Shown: positions 12,031 to 24,129 of the stretch, piece after piece
Layout: every line of letters begins with the position of its first letter
Position numbering within the stretch: the first letter of the stretch is position 1
Assembly (NCBI RefSeq): GCF_009914755.1
Contig: NC_060927.1
DNA from: the human T2T-CHM13v2.0 reference genome, Homo sapiens
Strand: one strand, 5' to 3'
DNA length: 64,000 nt
Position numbers and translations under genes: made by a program
The notes under the pieces: generated by a model
Database searches by the model: none
What the model was told of the DNA's origin: nothing
What the model saw: only the letters and a program-made list of their open reading frames with translations

Positions 12031-14900
12031 GATGGTGAGTGGTGCCACTTCCACTTCCATCCCTTGATTCCTGGACCCATGAATCCTGGCTATGGGAGAA
12101 ACAGTACCATATATTGGACACTGATTCAGAGCCTACACAGTCTTCTGGAGAGCTTTGCCCCAGCCCTTCAATGTATGGTCACCTAATTGGCCTTGTAATT
12201 GTGACTTCAAAAGGCCATTCCACCGTTCTGTCAATCCAGCTGCTTCAGGATGATGGGGAACATGGTAAGACCAGTGAATTCCATGAGCATGAGCCGACTG
12301 CTACACTTCTTTAACCATAAAGTGAGTGCTTTGGTCAGGGGCAATGCTGTGTGGAATACCCTGATGGTGGATATAGTATTCCGTGAGTCCGTGGATGATA
12401 GTCTTGGCAGAAGTATTGTCTGAAGGATAGGCAAACCCATATCTGGAGTGCCTATTCAAGTGAGGACAAACCCCTGCCCTTTCTATGATCGAGAAGTCCG
12501 ATATAATCAGCCTGCCACCAGGTTGCTGGCTGATCACCCCGAGGAATTGTGCCATATCGTGGGCTCAGTGTTGGTCTCTGCTGCTGGCAAATTGGGCACT
12601 CAGCAGTGGCCGTAGCCAGGTCAGCCTTGGTGAGTGGAAGTCCATGTTGCTGAGCCCATGTGTAATATTCATCCCTGCCACCATAGCCACTTTGTTTATG
12701 GGCCCATTGGCCAATGACAGGGGTGGCTGGGGAAAGAGGCTGAATGGTGTCCACAGAACAGGTCATCCTATCCGCTTGATTATTAAAATCCTTCTCTGCT
12801 GAGGTCATGTGTTGGTAAGCACACACATGGGATACAAATATCTTCACAGTTTTTGACTACTCAGAGAGGTTCATCCACATACCTCTTCCCCAAATTTCTT
12901 TGTCACCAGTTTTCCAATCATGCTTCTTCCAAGTCCCTGACCATCCAGCCAAACCATTGGCCACAGCCTATTAATCAGTATATAATCGCACATCTGGCCA
13001 TTTCTCCTTCCATGCAAAGTGTACAACCAGGTGCACTGCTTGAAGTTCTGCCCACTGGGAAAATTTACCTTCACTGCTGTCCTTCAGGGATGTCCTAGAA
13101 AGGGGCTGTAGTGCTGCAGCTGTCCACTTTTTGTTGGTGTCTGCATATTGTACAAAGCCATCTGTGAACCAGGCCCTAGTCTTCTCTTCCTCTGTGAACT
13201 GATCATAGGGAACTCCCCATGAGGCCATGGGTGCGAAGAGAAGGCACCATGGCAGGAGTGGAGACCATGGGCATTTGAGCCACTTCCTCATGTAACTTAC
13301 TTGTGCCCTGAGGATCTGCTTGAGCCTGATCCCGTGTGTACCACTTCCATTTGATGATGGAATGCTGCTGTGCAGGACCACTTTATGACTAGATGGATCA
13401 GACAGCACCCAGTTCATGATGGGCAGTTCAGGTCACATGGTGACTTGATGACCCATAGTCAAACATTCAGTTTCCACCAAAGCCCAGAAATGGGCCAAGA
13501 GCTGTTTCTCAGGAGCAAAGTACTTATCTTCTGAAGATGGCAAGGCTTTGCTCCAAAATCCTAGAGGCCTCTGCTGTGGTTCACCTGTGGGGGCCTACCA
13601 AAGGCTCAAAATAGCATCCCTATCTGCCACTAACACCTCAAGCACCATTGGATCTGTTGGGTCATATGGCCCAAGTGGCAGAGCAGCTTGCACAGCAGTT
13701 CTGGACCCCACTCAAAACTGGTAGCCTTTTGAGTCACTAGATAAATGGGCTGGAGTGACACACCCAAATGAGGAATGTGTTGCCTCCAAAATCCAAATAG
13801 GCCCACTAGGCGTTGTGCCTCTTTCTTGGTTGTAGGAGGGGTCAAACGCAGCAACTCGTCCTTCACGTTAGAAGGAATATCTCGACAGGTCCCACACCAC
13901 TGGACCCCTGGAAATTTTACTGAGGTAGAAGGTCCCTGAATTTTAGTTGGATTCATTTCCCATCCTCTGGCATGCAAATGTCTCACCAATAAGTCCAGTG
14001 TGTTTGCTATTTCTTGCTCACTGGATCCAATCAACATAATGTCATCAATGTAATGGACCAGTGTGATACCTTGTGGAAGCAAAAAGTGATCAAGGTCTCT
14101 TCAAGTAAGATTATGACACAAAGCCAGAGACTTGATATACCCCTGGGGTAGAACAGTAAAGATCTATTGCTGGCTTTGCCAGCTGAAGGTAAATTGCTTC
14201 TGGTGGACCTTATGTATAGGAATGGAGAAAAAGGCATGTGTCAAGCAACAGCTGCATGCCAGGTACCAGGAGATGTGTTAATTTGCTCAAGCAATGAAAC
14301 CACATCTGGTACAGGAGCTGCAATTGGAGTCACCATTTGGTTAAGCTCACAATAATTAACTGTCATTCTCCCAAGATCCATCTGTTTTCCTCACAGGCTA
14401 TATGGGAGAGTTGAATCGGGATGGGGTGGGCATCACCACCCCTGTGTCTTTCAAGCCCTTGATGGTAGCACTAATCTCTGCAATCCCTTTAGAGATGTGA
14501 TATTGTTTTTGAAGTACTATTTTTCTAGGTAGAGGCAGCTCTAATGGCTTCCATTTGTCCTTTCCTACCATAATAGCTCTCACCCTACCAGGTAGGGGGC
14601 CAATGTGGAGGTTCTGTCAGCTGCTAAGTATGTCTGTGCCAATTATGCATTCTGGCACTGGGGAAATGACCACGGGATTAGTCCAGGGACCCACTGGACC
14701 CACTGTAAGTTGGACATGAGCTAAAACTCCTTGAATTACCTAACTTCCATAAGCTCCTACTTTAACTGGAGGACCACGGTGATGTTTTGGGTCCCTTGGA
14801 GTCAACATCAGCGCAGAGCTAGTGTCCAGTAGTCCCCAGAAAGTCTGATCATTTTCCTTTCCTCAATGCACAGTTATCCTGGTAAAAGGATGGAGGTCTC
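12030..14900 (-). pseudogene. pol: HERV-L pol (protease-RT-RNaseH-integrase), frameshifted
   Basis: Protease relic GLLDTSSAL (~14810-14838); [12 protein letters not shown] (ORF 13630-14082); RNase H AWFTDG...WAEL (12971-13417); integrase zinc finger WAH...CPICQQ and WQADYIG (12452-12847). Confidence 0.92.
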
Positions 14901-14949
14901 CTTGGGGAAAGATGGGAGAAAGATTCACTACATAAATTGATGGTAATGT

Positions 14950-16720
14950 GGTGGGGTCCTTCGTCAAGGGGACCCAGCCTTTCCTTCATTCAAGGGGTTC
15001 TGGTTCTTTAAACTGTCTCAAGTCTGGAAATTGATTGAGGGGCCATGATTCTCTGTTTTTATAATTCAAATTAGTATTTTATTCATTTGACCTAGAAATT
15101 CTCTGCTTGTGTAAATTAAGTAGGAATGCAGTAGGCTTCTTATCAATTTCACTTCTAGGAACACAGTGATTAATTAGCCAGTGCCAGAGCTCTACATGTG
15201 TCAAACTATTCTGATTGCCACTTTGCCTCTGCTGTTCATTATGGCAGCTACGCCCACCTTGCCTTTCATGGTTGAATGCCGCCACTTGGATCCTGCCACC
15301 TTGGGATTCAATTATTCCCATTGTATTTAAATTTTGTAGCTGAGTGACTGTGGTTCCCACTGTTAAATCTGACATACAGAGAAGAGCAATTACAGGGCTC
15401 TTCAAAGATGCAGGTGCTGCCTTCACAAATGTATTTTGTAAGGCACTGGTCAAGGGTATATCTTCTGGACCCTCCCAGCTAGGATGAGTATGTCTAAAGT
15501 GATGAACCCACTCTACCATCCAATCTCCCTAAGCCTTTGGATCCCTTCCTCTGCATTAAACCAAGGGAGATCAGGCATTTCCAGCTCACTCACAGTGGGC
15601 CATCTTTTAATCCATATTTCAGCTTACCAAACAAATAAACTATTAGAACCTTTTTTAACTCCCCAAGCTGCAACATTAAATGTAGAGTCCCTACTCATTG
15701 GGCCCAAATCAATAAATTCAGCCTGATCCAACTCTTTGTTCCTTCCACCGTTATCCCACACCCTTAATATCCATCCCATGTCTGTTCTCCAGATTTATGT
15801 TTATATAAATTAGAAAACTCAAGCAGTTCTTTTCGAGTGTAGTGCACCTCCTCATGGGTCATGCTGTCAATGTCACCTCTAGGGACCTGCCAGGACTTTA
15901 GTTATAGGTCTAGAAGCAAACAGGGGTGTTTGGGTGGCTCTTAAGGAGAATCAACATTATCTTGCCCGGCAACTGCCTCAGGGGAGACCATCACTATTGC
16001 CTCAGGCAACACAGGGTTTATCTCCTCAGACAAAGATGGAAAGGTGGATGGCAGCGTGGGTTGGGGAGGGGCTGTTGCCACTACTCAGGTTGGGGAAACT
16101 GTTTCTTCTGGCAAGAAAGGTTCATCAGAGTTTACAAATTCAGTCTCCCCAGCTTCATCAGGGTCCTCCCACACATCCCCATTCCAAGTTGCAGGGTCCC
16201 ATTCTTTTCCAATCAATGCTCTCACTTTAACAGTACACACCTGGTTAAGCTGTGCATGCACCTTTCCTTGCAGGTCAGCCACTTGCATGATTAGAGCTTG
16301 TGTCTGTTTTTCACAATTGCAGCTCTTTCTATACAGGAGATAAGACTCTCATTCAGGGCAATCTTAGCAGATTTGAGGATCAGTATCTGCTTCTGAAGCT
16401 GGGAGATAGAATCCCTGGGTTCATCATTTTCTTTCATCACTTTGTCCACTGAACTTAGGAGTAACCAACCAGCTTCTTTATGTTCCTTGTTTTTTCACAT
16501 ATGGTCAAAGTTATTAGGTATAGAGTCACTAAACTCTTTGCCTCTCACGAGTGATTAATCAGGAGTGGTTAAATGCATTTATTTTGCATAACTTTCTAAA
16601 CAGTTCATGCCAAGGACTATCAGTGTTCTCCATATTATTAGGAGTAAAGTCCTTAGCATTTTTGGGCCTAATCATATTAAGCAGCCAACTCCAGAAACCC
16701 CCAAATCAATGAAAGAACTC
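14950..16720 (-). pseudogene. gag: HERV-L gag, disrupted
   Basis: ORF fragments KVRALIGKEWDPATWNGDVWEDP (16085-16288) and WEGPEDIPLT...LWHWLINH (15079-15519), typical ERV-L gag. Confidence 0.85.
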
Positions 16721-16741
16721 CATCCTTAATATTCTGTTTCC

Positions 16742-16762
16742 CTAGAACCACTTCTGGTACCA
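16742..16762 (-). promoter_or_regulatory. ERV-L primer-binding site (tRNA-Leu type)
   Basis: Minus strand tggtaccagaagtggttctag directly after the 5' LTR end. Confidence 0.75.
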
Positions 16763-16767
16763 AAATC

Positions 16768-17254
16768 TGTATTAGGGTTCTCTAGAGGGACAGAGCTAAT
16801 GGAATATATATATATATATGATATATATATATATTATACATATTCCAAAAATGGAATATATATATATATATGTAAATGGGAGCTTATTAAGTATTAACTG
16901 ATATGAGCACAAGGTCCCACAATAGGCCATCTGCAGGCTTAGGAGCAAGGAGAGCCAGTCCAAGTTCCAAAACTGAAGAACTTGGAGTCTGATGTTTGAG
17001 GGCAGGAAGCATCCAGCATGGGAGAAAGATGTAGCCTGGGAGGTTAGACCAGACTTTCTTTTCAAATTTTTCTGCCTGCTTATATTCTAGCCACGCTGGC
17101 AGCTGATTAGATTGTGCACACCCAGATGAAGGTTGGGTCTGCTTTTCCCAGCCCACTGACTCAAATGTTAATCTCCCTTGGCAACACCCTCACAGACACA
17201 CCCAGGATGTATTATTCCATCCAATCAACTTGACACTCACTATTAACGGTCACT
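16768..17254 (-). mobile_element. HERV-L 5' LTR (MLT2A1/A2)
   Basis: Colinear with 10639-11153; next to the PBS; terminal base mutated (…ggtcact). Confidence 0.93.
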
Positions 17255-19556
17255 TGCACCCACCTCTTTGCTCATGTTGTTCCTTTTGCTGGAGATTCCT
17301 GATGTCCTTTTGAAATTTTCAAACTATTCATCCTTCCTGGCCAAATTCAAGTAACATTTCCTTATTTTTTCTCTAAGACACCACTACTTATCCTTTATTT
17401 TATCTTAAAAATGTGCTTATGTTCCTAGAGCTTATTTTGTTCTTATATTCTTGCTACCTGACTTTATGCCTGTATTTCTCAATGACTGTAAATTACTCAA
17501 GTGCAGGGAACGTTTTTTTCTTTACTTCAATTTCTTATGTAAAGAGTGAATGCTCAGTAATTGTAAACTTGATTAAAAGACCCTGAAATAGGTCCAGGTA
17601 CATGGAGCACATGGTAGAGTCTATAAGCCTCTTGTTTTAGTGACGTTTCAGCTTATGGTGCCTCAACATTTTTGGCTGATGTATCAGTGAAGTGGATGAG
17701 CCTGAAAATATTTTTCTGCTTTCATGGTGGACTTCACTGTTATGTTTTGATTATTCTACTCAAGAGGAATTTGAGTATATTCACTATAAATGGCACCGAT
17801 ACAATAGAAAATTTAAAAACAACATCAATCAACTAACTTGAAAAGTAACATGAAACAAAAGGCCAGAATAACAAAAAATGAGCAGGGGAAAATTTAGCTA
17901 GAAAGCATAGCTTAGCTAAGGCAATCTTTTGCACATTTACTATATGGGAACATTGAAAACCTTTGCATACGGCATCTCTGACGTAGATAAACTAGAGGTT
18001 GCTAAGGCACTAGATGATTGATTAGCATATTTCATAAGCATTAATAGGATAAGTTGGATTTTTCAAGATCTGTATAGAAAATAAATATTGAGATTTCTAC
18101 TAAATATCTCAAGCAGAGATATTCTGAGCTGTTGATACAACTTTCCAATCTAGGACCTCTTCTACCTGATTACCTGCTGCAGGGCTGATAGCATCAAATT
18201 TGAGTGGAAAGGAGACATTAAACAATAAGTTCATGATCCTTGGGAGCTAAGCAATCCATTGGCAGCCACCTTCAGGTGTATAAAAATTTCAGTAATATTT
18301 CCATGCAAAGACTGCCACCAGTAAGAACCAAGGGTCACTAAGAGGTGTAGCTTACAAGCAGCTGACAGATACACCATCCCCAAGCAAAGGTTTCTTCAAC
18401 TTTATCCTATCCTAACTAGCTTAAGTAAAAGCAGGATGAAAGTGGGGGTTGTTTACAAAGAACCAGTGGAGTTCCATTGAACTGAAAGGCAGATGATGGA
18501 TCCAGGTGGAAAGGTCAGAGACAGGGGTCCCTCTTCTTCTCTTGGCCTGTCTGCTTCACCTTATATTTAGTTGACAGACGCTTTTCTCTGCTTCTTTGTG
18601 CAAGGACTAGATATATCACCATGAGGCATGACTCCGCAGTCCTCAAATTTAGATGTCCTTAAAAGTTAAATGTCATAAGATAAGTGAGTAGAGTCACTGA
18701 ATCTTAACTGTAACCTCATAGGAGGGAGGATCTGATTAATCCGGCTTAGGTCAGTATCCACCCTAATTGAACTAAGAGCGGCAAAAGGGACAGAGAGTTT
18801 TAGAAGTTTACTGCTGAAGAGGGTTTAGGGGAAAGGATAGAACCTGGACAGCCACTCACAAATGTCTCATTTAATGAATATAGCAGTGGTTCCCAACCTT
18901 TTTGGCACTAGGGACTAGTTTCGTGTAAGATAACTTTTTCATGGATCGGGCTAGGGTGGGTGGGAGGATATGGTTTCAGGACGATTCAAGCCCACTTAAT
19001 TTGTTGTGCACTTTATTTCTATTATTTTTACCTTGTAACAGGTAATGAAATAATTATACAACTCACCTTAATGTAGGATCAGTGGGAATCCTGAGCATGT
19101 CTTCCTGCAACTAGACAGTCCCATCTGGGGCTGACAGGACACAGTGACACCCAAAGTGTGTTGCTTATGTCCAGGCTACTCATAATCTCATTTTGATTGC
19201 TGTCACTGCAGAAAACCCTGCTTCACAAAGATAGGATGTTGGAAATGGGAGCAGGCTTTTCAGTGCTTTTTGGCAATCTCAGGATATTCCACCTTGACTT
19301 TAATCCAGAATGTATTAAACACACTGTCTCAAACACACTTTTAAGGCCACTTTCATTTTTGATCCCAAGCAGTTGATCCTCTTCTAGCACAGATAAAGTC
19401 AACTTCCCTGGCATATTCATAAATAGGCCAAGGATCCAATCCTTGCCAATTAGGGAGTCTTGTGTGGTTAGGAAGTAATGCTCAAACTCTTTTGAAAGCT
19501 GAGATAGGTGATCACGCAGCAGCTGGGAGAAAGAAGGCCCCAACTCAGTCTCTTTC

Positions 19557-20370
19557 TGTATTACTTTTATGCTATGTTTCTCTTTACAAATGGAATGCTT
19601 TTAACAGCAGCAAAGTCACCTCTTGTGTCCTCGCTACTTAGGAATTTCTTTTGCCAGATACCCTAAATCATCTCTCTCAAGTTCAAAGTTCCATAAATCT
19701 CTAGGGAAGGGACAAAATGCCACCAGTCTATTGCTAAAATATAACAAGAGTCACCTTTGCTCCAGTTCCCAACAAGTTCCTCATCTCCAGGCTGAGACCA
19801 TCTCAGCCTGACCCTTATTGTTCATATCACTATCAACAATTTTGTCAAAGCCATTCAACAAATCTCTAGGAGGTCCCAATCTGTCCCACATTTTCCTGTC
19901 TTCTTCTGAACACTCCAATCCAAATTGTTCCAACCTCTGCCTGTTACCCAGTTCCAAAGTCACTTCCACATTTTCGGGTATGTTTTCAGCAACGCCTCAC
20001 TCTCCTGATATCAATTTATTGTATTAGTCAGTTTTCACACTGCTGATAAAGACATACCTGAGGCTGGGAAAAAGAGGTTTAATTGAACTTACAGTTCCAC
20101 ATGCCCAGGGAGGCCTCAGAATCATGGTGGAAGGTGAAAGGCACTTCTTAAACGGTGGTGGCAAGAGAAAATGAGGAAGATGCAAAAGCAGAAACCCCTG
20201 ATAAAACCATCAGATCTCATGAGTCTTATTCACTACCATGAGAACAGCATGGTGGAAACCACTCCCATGATTCAAATTACCTCCCATTGGGTCCCTCCCA
20301 CAACACATGGGCATTCTGGGAGTACAATTCAAGTGAGATTTGGGTGGGGACACAGAGCCAAACCATATCA
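19557..20370 (-). mobile_element. THE1 (B/C-like) MaLR provirus, internally deleted: intact 5' LTR 20020-20370, ~450 bp internal, 7-bp stub of the 3' LTR
   Basis: LTR tgtattagtc...aaaccatatca; THE1-int sequence 19564-20019; TSD ctttc at 19552-19556 and 20371-20375. Confidence 0.88.
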
Positions 20371-21534
20371 CTTTCAAAATCTCTGCTAATGTTTGAAACG
20401 TGTCAAACAATCCCAATGTTCACTCCTTGACCCCATAATTTCAGTTTGGCTTTGAATGCAGCCACTTTATCTGCCAACTTGAACACATCTGTCCTTCTCC
20501 TCTTAAGTGACAAATTGAGTTTGCTGAGGAGGTTGAATATGTCACACAAGCAAGTTTTGAGATTCATCTGTGTCACTGAAATGTGCTGCCAGTGGTGAAT
20601 GTTTCTCCAAAAGAAGTATCGGCCCTCATAACTGAAAAACTCTGGCCAGTGATCTATCTTTAGAAAGTCTTCTCACTTCTGTGTATGAGAGAAGACGTGT
20701 ATGCTGTGTCCATCTCCTCACAGAGCTGCAAGAACAGACACGAGTGAAGGGCATGTACCTTAATGTGGTTGATAATTTTAATCACATTCTGCAAAACATT
20801 GTTAACTTCACATGACGTTTTTGACTAGCCAGCATTTCTTTATGAATGACACAGTGCATAGACTCACAGTGACTTCTTTGACCCAACTAGTCTTTGACCT
20901 GGACAGAAAGCTGTCCAGTCATGGCAGCCGCTCTGTCCATGCATGTACTGACACAAAACAACCAATTCAGTTTTCCTGATATGTAATCATTCAAATACTT
21001 GAATAGTTTTGCAGCTGTGGTGTTGGTTGGCAACAAAAGTGCACATTACATATCTCTGTGCACATCCATCTGAAAAATATATTGTACAGAAGCAAGCATT
21101 GTTGCCTTGTTTTCAACATTTTAAATTATGTTTAAAATATAAATTGCATTCCTGAGTCAGCCTAATCTAATACTCGTCAACCTGGATTGTGCACCATGGT
21201 GACTCATTAATCCTCTCTAACAATTGTGCCTCAGTATCCTCTATTTTATCAATTCATCTAGTTATGGTGCTAGCTGAAAGAGAAACATGTGCCACATTTT
21301 GAACTGCAGACTGAAGCATCTCCTAAAAGTTCACGACAAATGTCCTTAGCAGCAAATGGGATCATCTCTTCACCAATAGTAAAGGGCTTCTTAGCTTTAG
21401 CAGTGCAGTTAGCCACTAAGAATGATACTCTCTGTGCAGGCACATTTAGTGAAGTGGTTGCCTTCAATAATTGTGTCTGTTCTTCATGTTCACATTGTTT
21501 TTTTTTTTTTTTAGAAATTCCAAAGGCTTGTCTT

Positions 21535-21849
21535 TATTTTATTTTATTTTATTTTATTTTATTTATTTATTTAGATGGAGTCTTGCTCTGTTGCCTGGCT
21601 GGAGTGAAGTGGCACAATCTTGGCTCACTGCAACCTCCGCCTCCAGGTTCAAGTGATTCTCCTGCCTCAGCCTCCCGAGTAGCTGGGACTACAGGTGCAA
21701 GCCACCACACTCAGCTAATTTTTGTATTTTTAGTAGAAACTGGGTTTCACATTATTGGCCAGGATGGTCTCGATCTCTTGACCTCATGATCCGCCCACCT
21801 CAGCCTTCCAAAGTGCTGGGATTACAGGTGTGAGCCACTGCACCCGGCC
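21535..21849 (-). mobile_element. AluSc-like, full length, in Charlie3
   Basis: (TATTT)n tail; ggccaggatggtctcgatctcttgacctc; TSD-like aaag(g)cttgtcttt on both sides. Confidence 0.9.
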
Positions 21850-24129
21850 AAAGCTTGTCTTTTAATGCAGGGTTCTTGTTCTCTTTGTGAAGCAGTTTTG
21901 AAGGTTTCATGGCTTTGTTGGATAACCGGTTGCCACATATTATACAGAATGGGATTGAAGAATGTGAATCAACTGTTGCAATGAAACTGTAATTTAAGTG
22001 GAACCTTTGTTATTTTCTTTTAAATGCAGTTTTCTTTTTATTGGCAGTCTTAGAGTCTTCTACTGTCTCATCATTGAGTCTTTTCCGCTTTTCAAATAAG
22101 CTCTCCAGTGATGTTTATTTTTAACTCATTTTGGCTAGGGTTAGCTTGTGGGCTTACCAAAACCATGACTGAGACAAGTGTGCAGTATGGGAATGAGGCG
22201 CGGATGGAAGTGGTAAATAAAATAATGGGTGGGCCATGCATGGACTAAAATGTATCAGATTCTGACTTAAAGCCTGCCACTGGATGCAGCTGTACAACTG
22301 AAGTATATCAACTGATTTTCCATATAAAGCCTGCCACCAGATGCAACTTAATTGTCACTTGCCGCTCACTGCTAGGATTTTGATATGAGTCTGCAAGCAA
22401 TTTATTTATTATTGTCTCTGTGCAGTCAAACCTCTCTACTAATGTTAATCTGTATTTTCAGTCACTCCACAGGGCTAGCAACACCTTCTCAGCTCCACCT
22501 CAGATCATCAGGCATTAGATTCTCATAAAGGGCATGCATCCTAGATCCCCTGCATGTGCAGTTTACAATAGGGTTCACATCCTTATGAGAATCCAATGTT
22601 GCGGCTAATCTGATGGGAGGTGGAGCTCTGGTGGTAATGCAAGCAATGGGGAGCAGCTATAGATACAGATGAAGCTTCGCTTGTTCACCTGCTGCTCACC
22701 TCCTGCTGTGTGACCTGGTTCCTAACAGGCCAGGGACTGGTACCAGTCTGTGGCCTGAGGGTTGGGGGCCCCTGGAATATAGGACCACGTTTGCAGTGTA
22801 GAGAACAACCAGGACATTCAGTAAATAGCTTTTATTTCTTAGGTTGTATAAATAAATATTTTGTACCTTAATAAAGGCTGTGCCTTGATCACAAATGACA
22901 TTACATGGAAGTACTGAGTCTCAATCACTGTTGTAGAAGGCAAAAGAATGAAGTTCAAACACACTTGTTGAACCAAAGGAATGAATAATTGCTTCCATCA
23001 CCATTTCTGCACTTCTATCTTGACAAAAGAAGTATCTGAAAACAGCAATTACTGATTTTAACAATAGTTGACATTTCTTGCTGTGCACATTAGTCAGTAT
23101 TTACCCTTCAGGTATGACATTAATATAACCCACGCCTAACACTTTTTTAGATACAAATGATTATTGGTTCCCTTTGAGCCATCAAGAATGATGACAGTTG
23201 TGGAGACAGTAGCAAATGGCAGCAACTACCTCCTTTTTTCACCACTCCTATAGGGCTTCCCAACAGGACTGTTGTCTTCTTGGGTTACACTGGCTCCTGG
23301 TCTTTTCTTCTCCCCATGGGTGCTTGTTCTGGTTTTTAATACTCCTGTAGGGTCCTCATGGTTCCACAGTCATAACATCCACACTCTGATCCAGAACATG
23401 AAGGCATGCTTTATGCTTTACACATTTAAAGTGAAATGTAGACCTCTATGAAAATTATGTTTAAAATATAAATTGCATTCCTGAGTCAGACTAACCTATG
23501 GCAAACTCTTTTTAAATTTTACTCTGCAGTACATTTCTTTCTTCTTTTATTTTTTTAACTGATGATTTTTTTTTGCATTATGCTGTGAGGCTACTATGTG
23601 TTAACCCTGATGACAGTGATATCAAAATTATGATAGTGTATGCTCCAGTAATTTAACAGAATGAAACTTAGCATCATCCATTCTGAATCATTAATAGAAA
23701 GCTCGATGCTGGGTGAGCTTCAGTGAAGTAGGAAGGAAAGGCATAGACATCATGTGTAGAAAGGTTATGTCAAAGCAAACTATTATGACCGTTTGAGACT
23801 ATAATAGTTATGTATCTTTCAATTTATGTTTCTATTGCTATAGAAAATATAGTGGACTTTTACTATTCTACTTTTTCTTCAATTTACAATCTAATTTCAA
23901 GTAGCTATATTACAGGAACTTTTTCATTCTTCTCTCATATCACTGAGCACATAGCAGGTGTTCAATAAATGCTTGTTGATTAATTGATATGAACAAATAA
24001 ATACCATACTTGCAAAAAGTGTACTTGGGTTTTTAATAATGCTTATAAAGGCTCAATGTAGTATAGAATACCATACAACACCGTTTTTCTGCTTTCTTTT
24101 TATTCCTAAATAAATCAGATGGGGTTGAT

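Larger units (their letters stand above)
10639..17254 (-). mobile_element. Full-length HERV-L provirus (MLT2A LTRs; gag-pol-dUTPase, no env)
   Basis: Two homologous LTRs, PBS, PPT, retroviral motifs in the ORF track, 5-bp TSD tgcac at 10634-10638 and 17255-17259. Confidence 0.95.
19079..22129 (-). pseudogene. hAT transposase pseudogene of Charlie3
   Basis: ATG at 22129; BED-finger relic CIICGNRLSNKAMKPSKLL; QVDE (~21175-21190); CMDRAAAMTG (~20915-20943); HCVIHKEML (CxxH); C-terminus AQDSH* at 19079; interrupted by THE1 and Alu. Confidence 0.85.
18884..22774 (-). mobile_element. Full-length Charlie3 (MER1 autonomous) hAT DNA transposon with nested insertions
   Basis: TIRs cagtggttcccaacc / ggttgggggcccctg; perfect 8-bp TSD gaatatag at 18876-18883 and 22775-22782; transposase relics. 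Confidence 0.93.
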
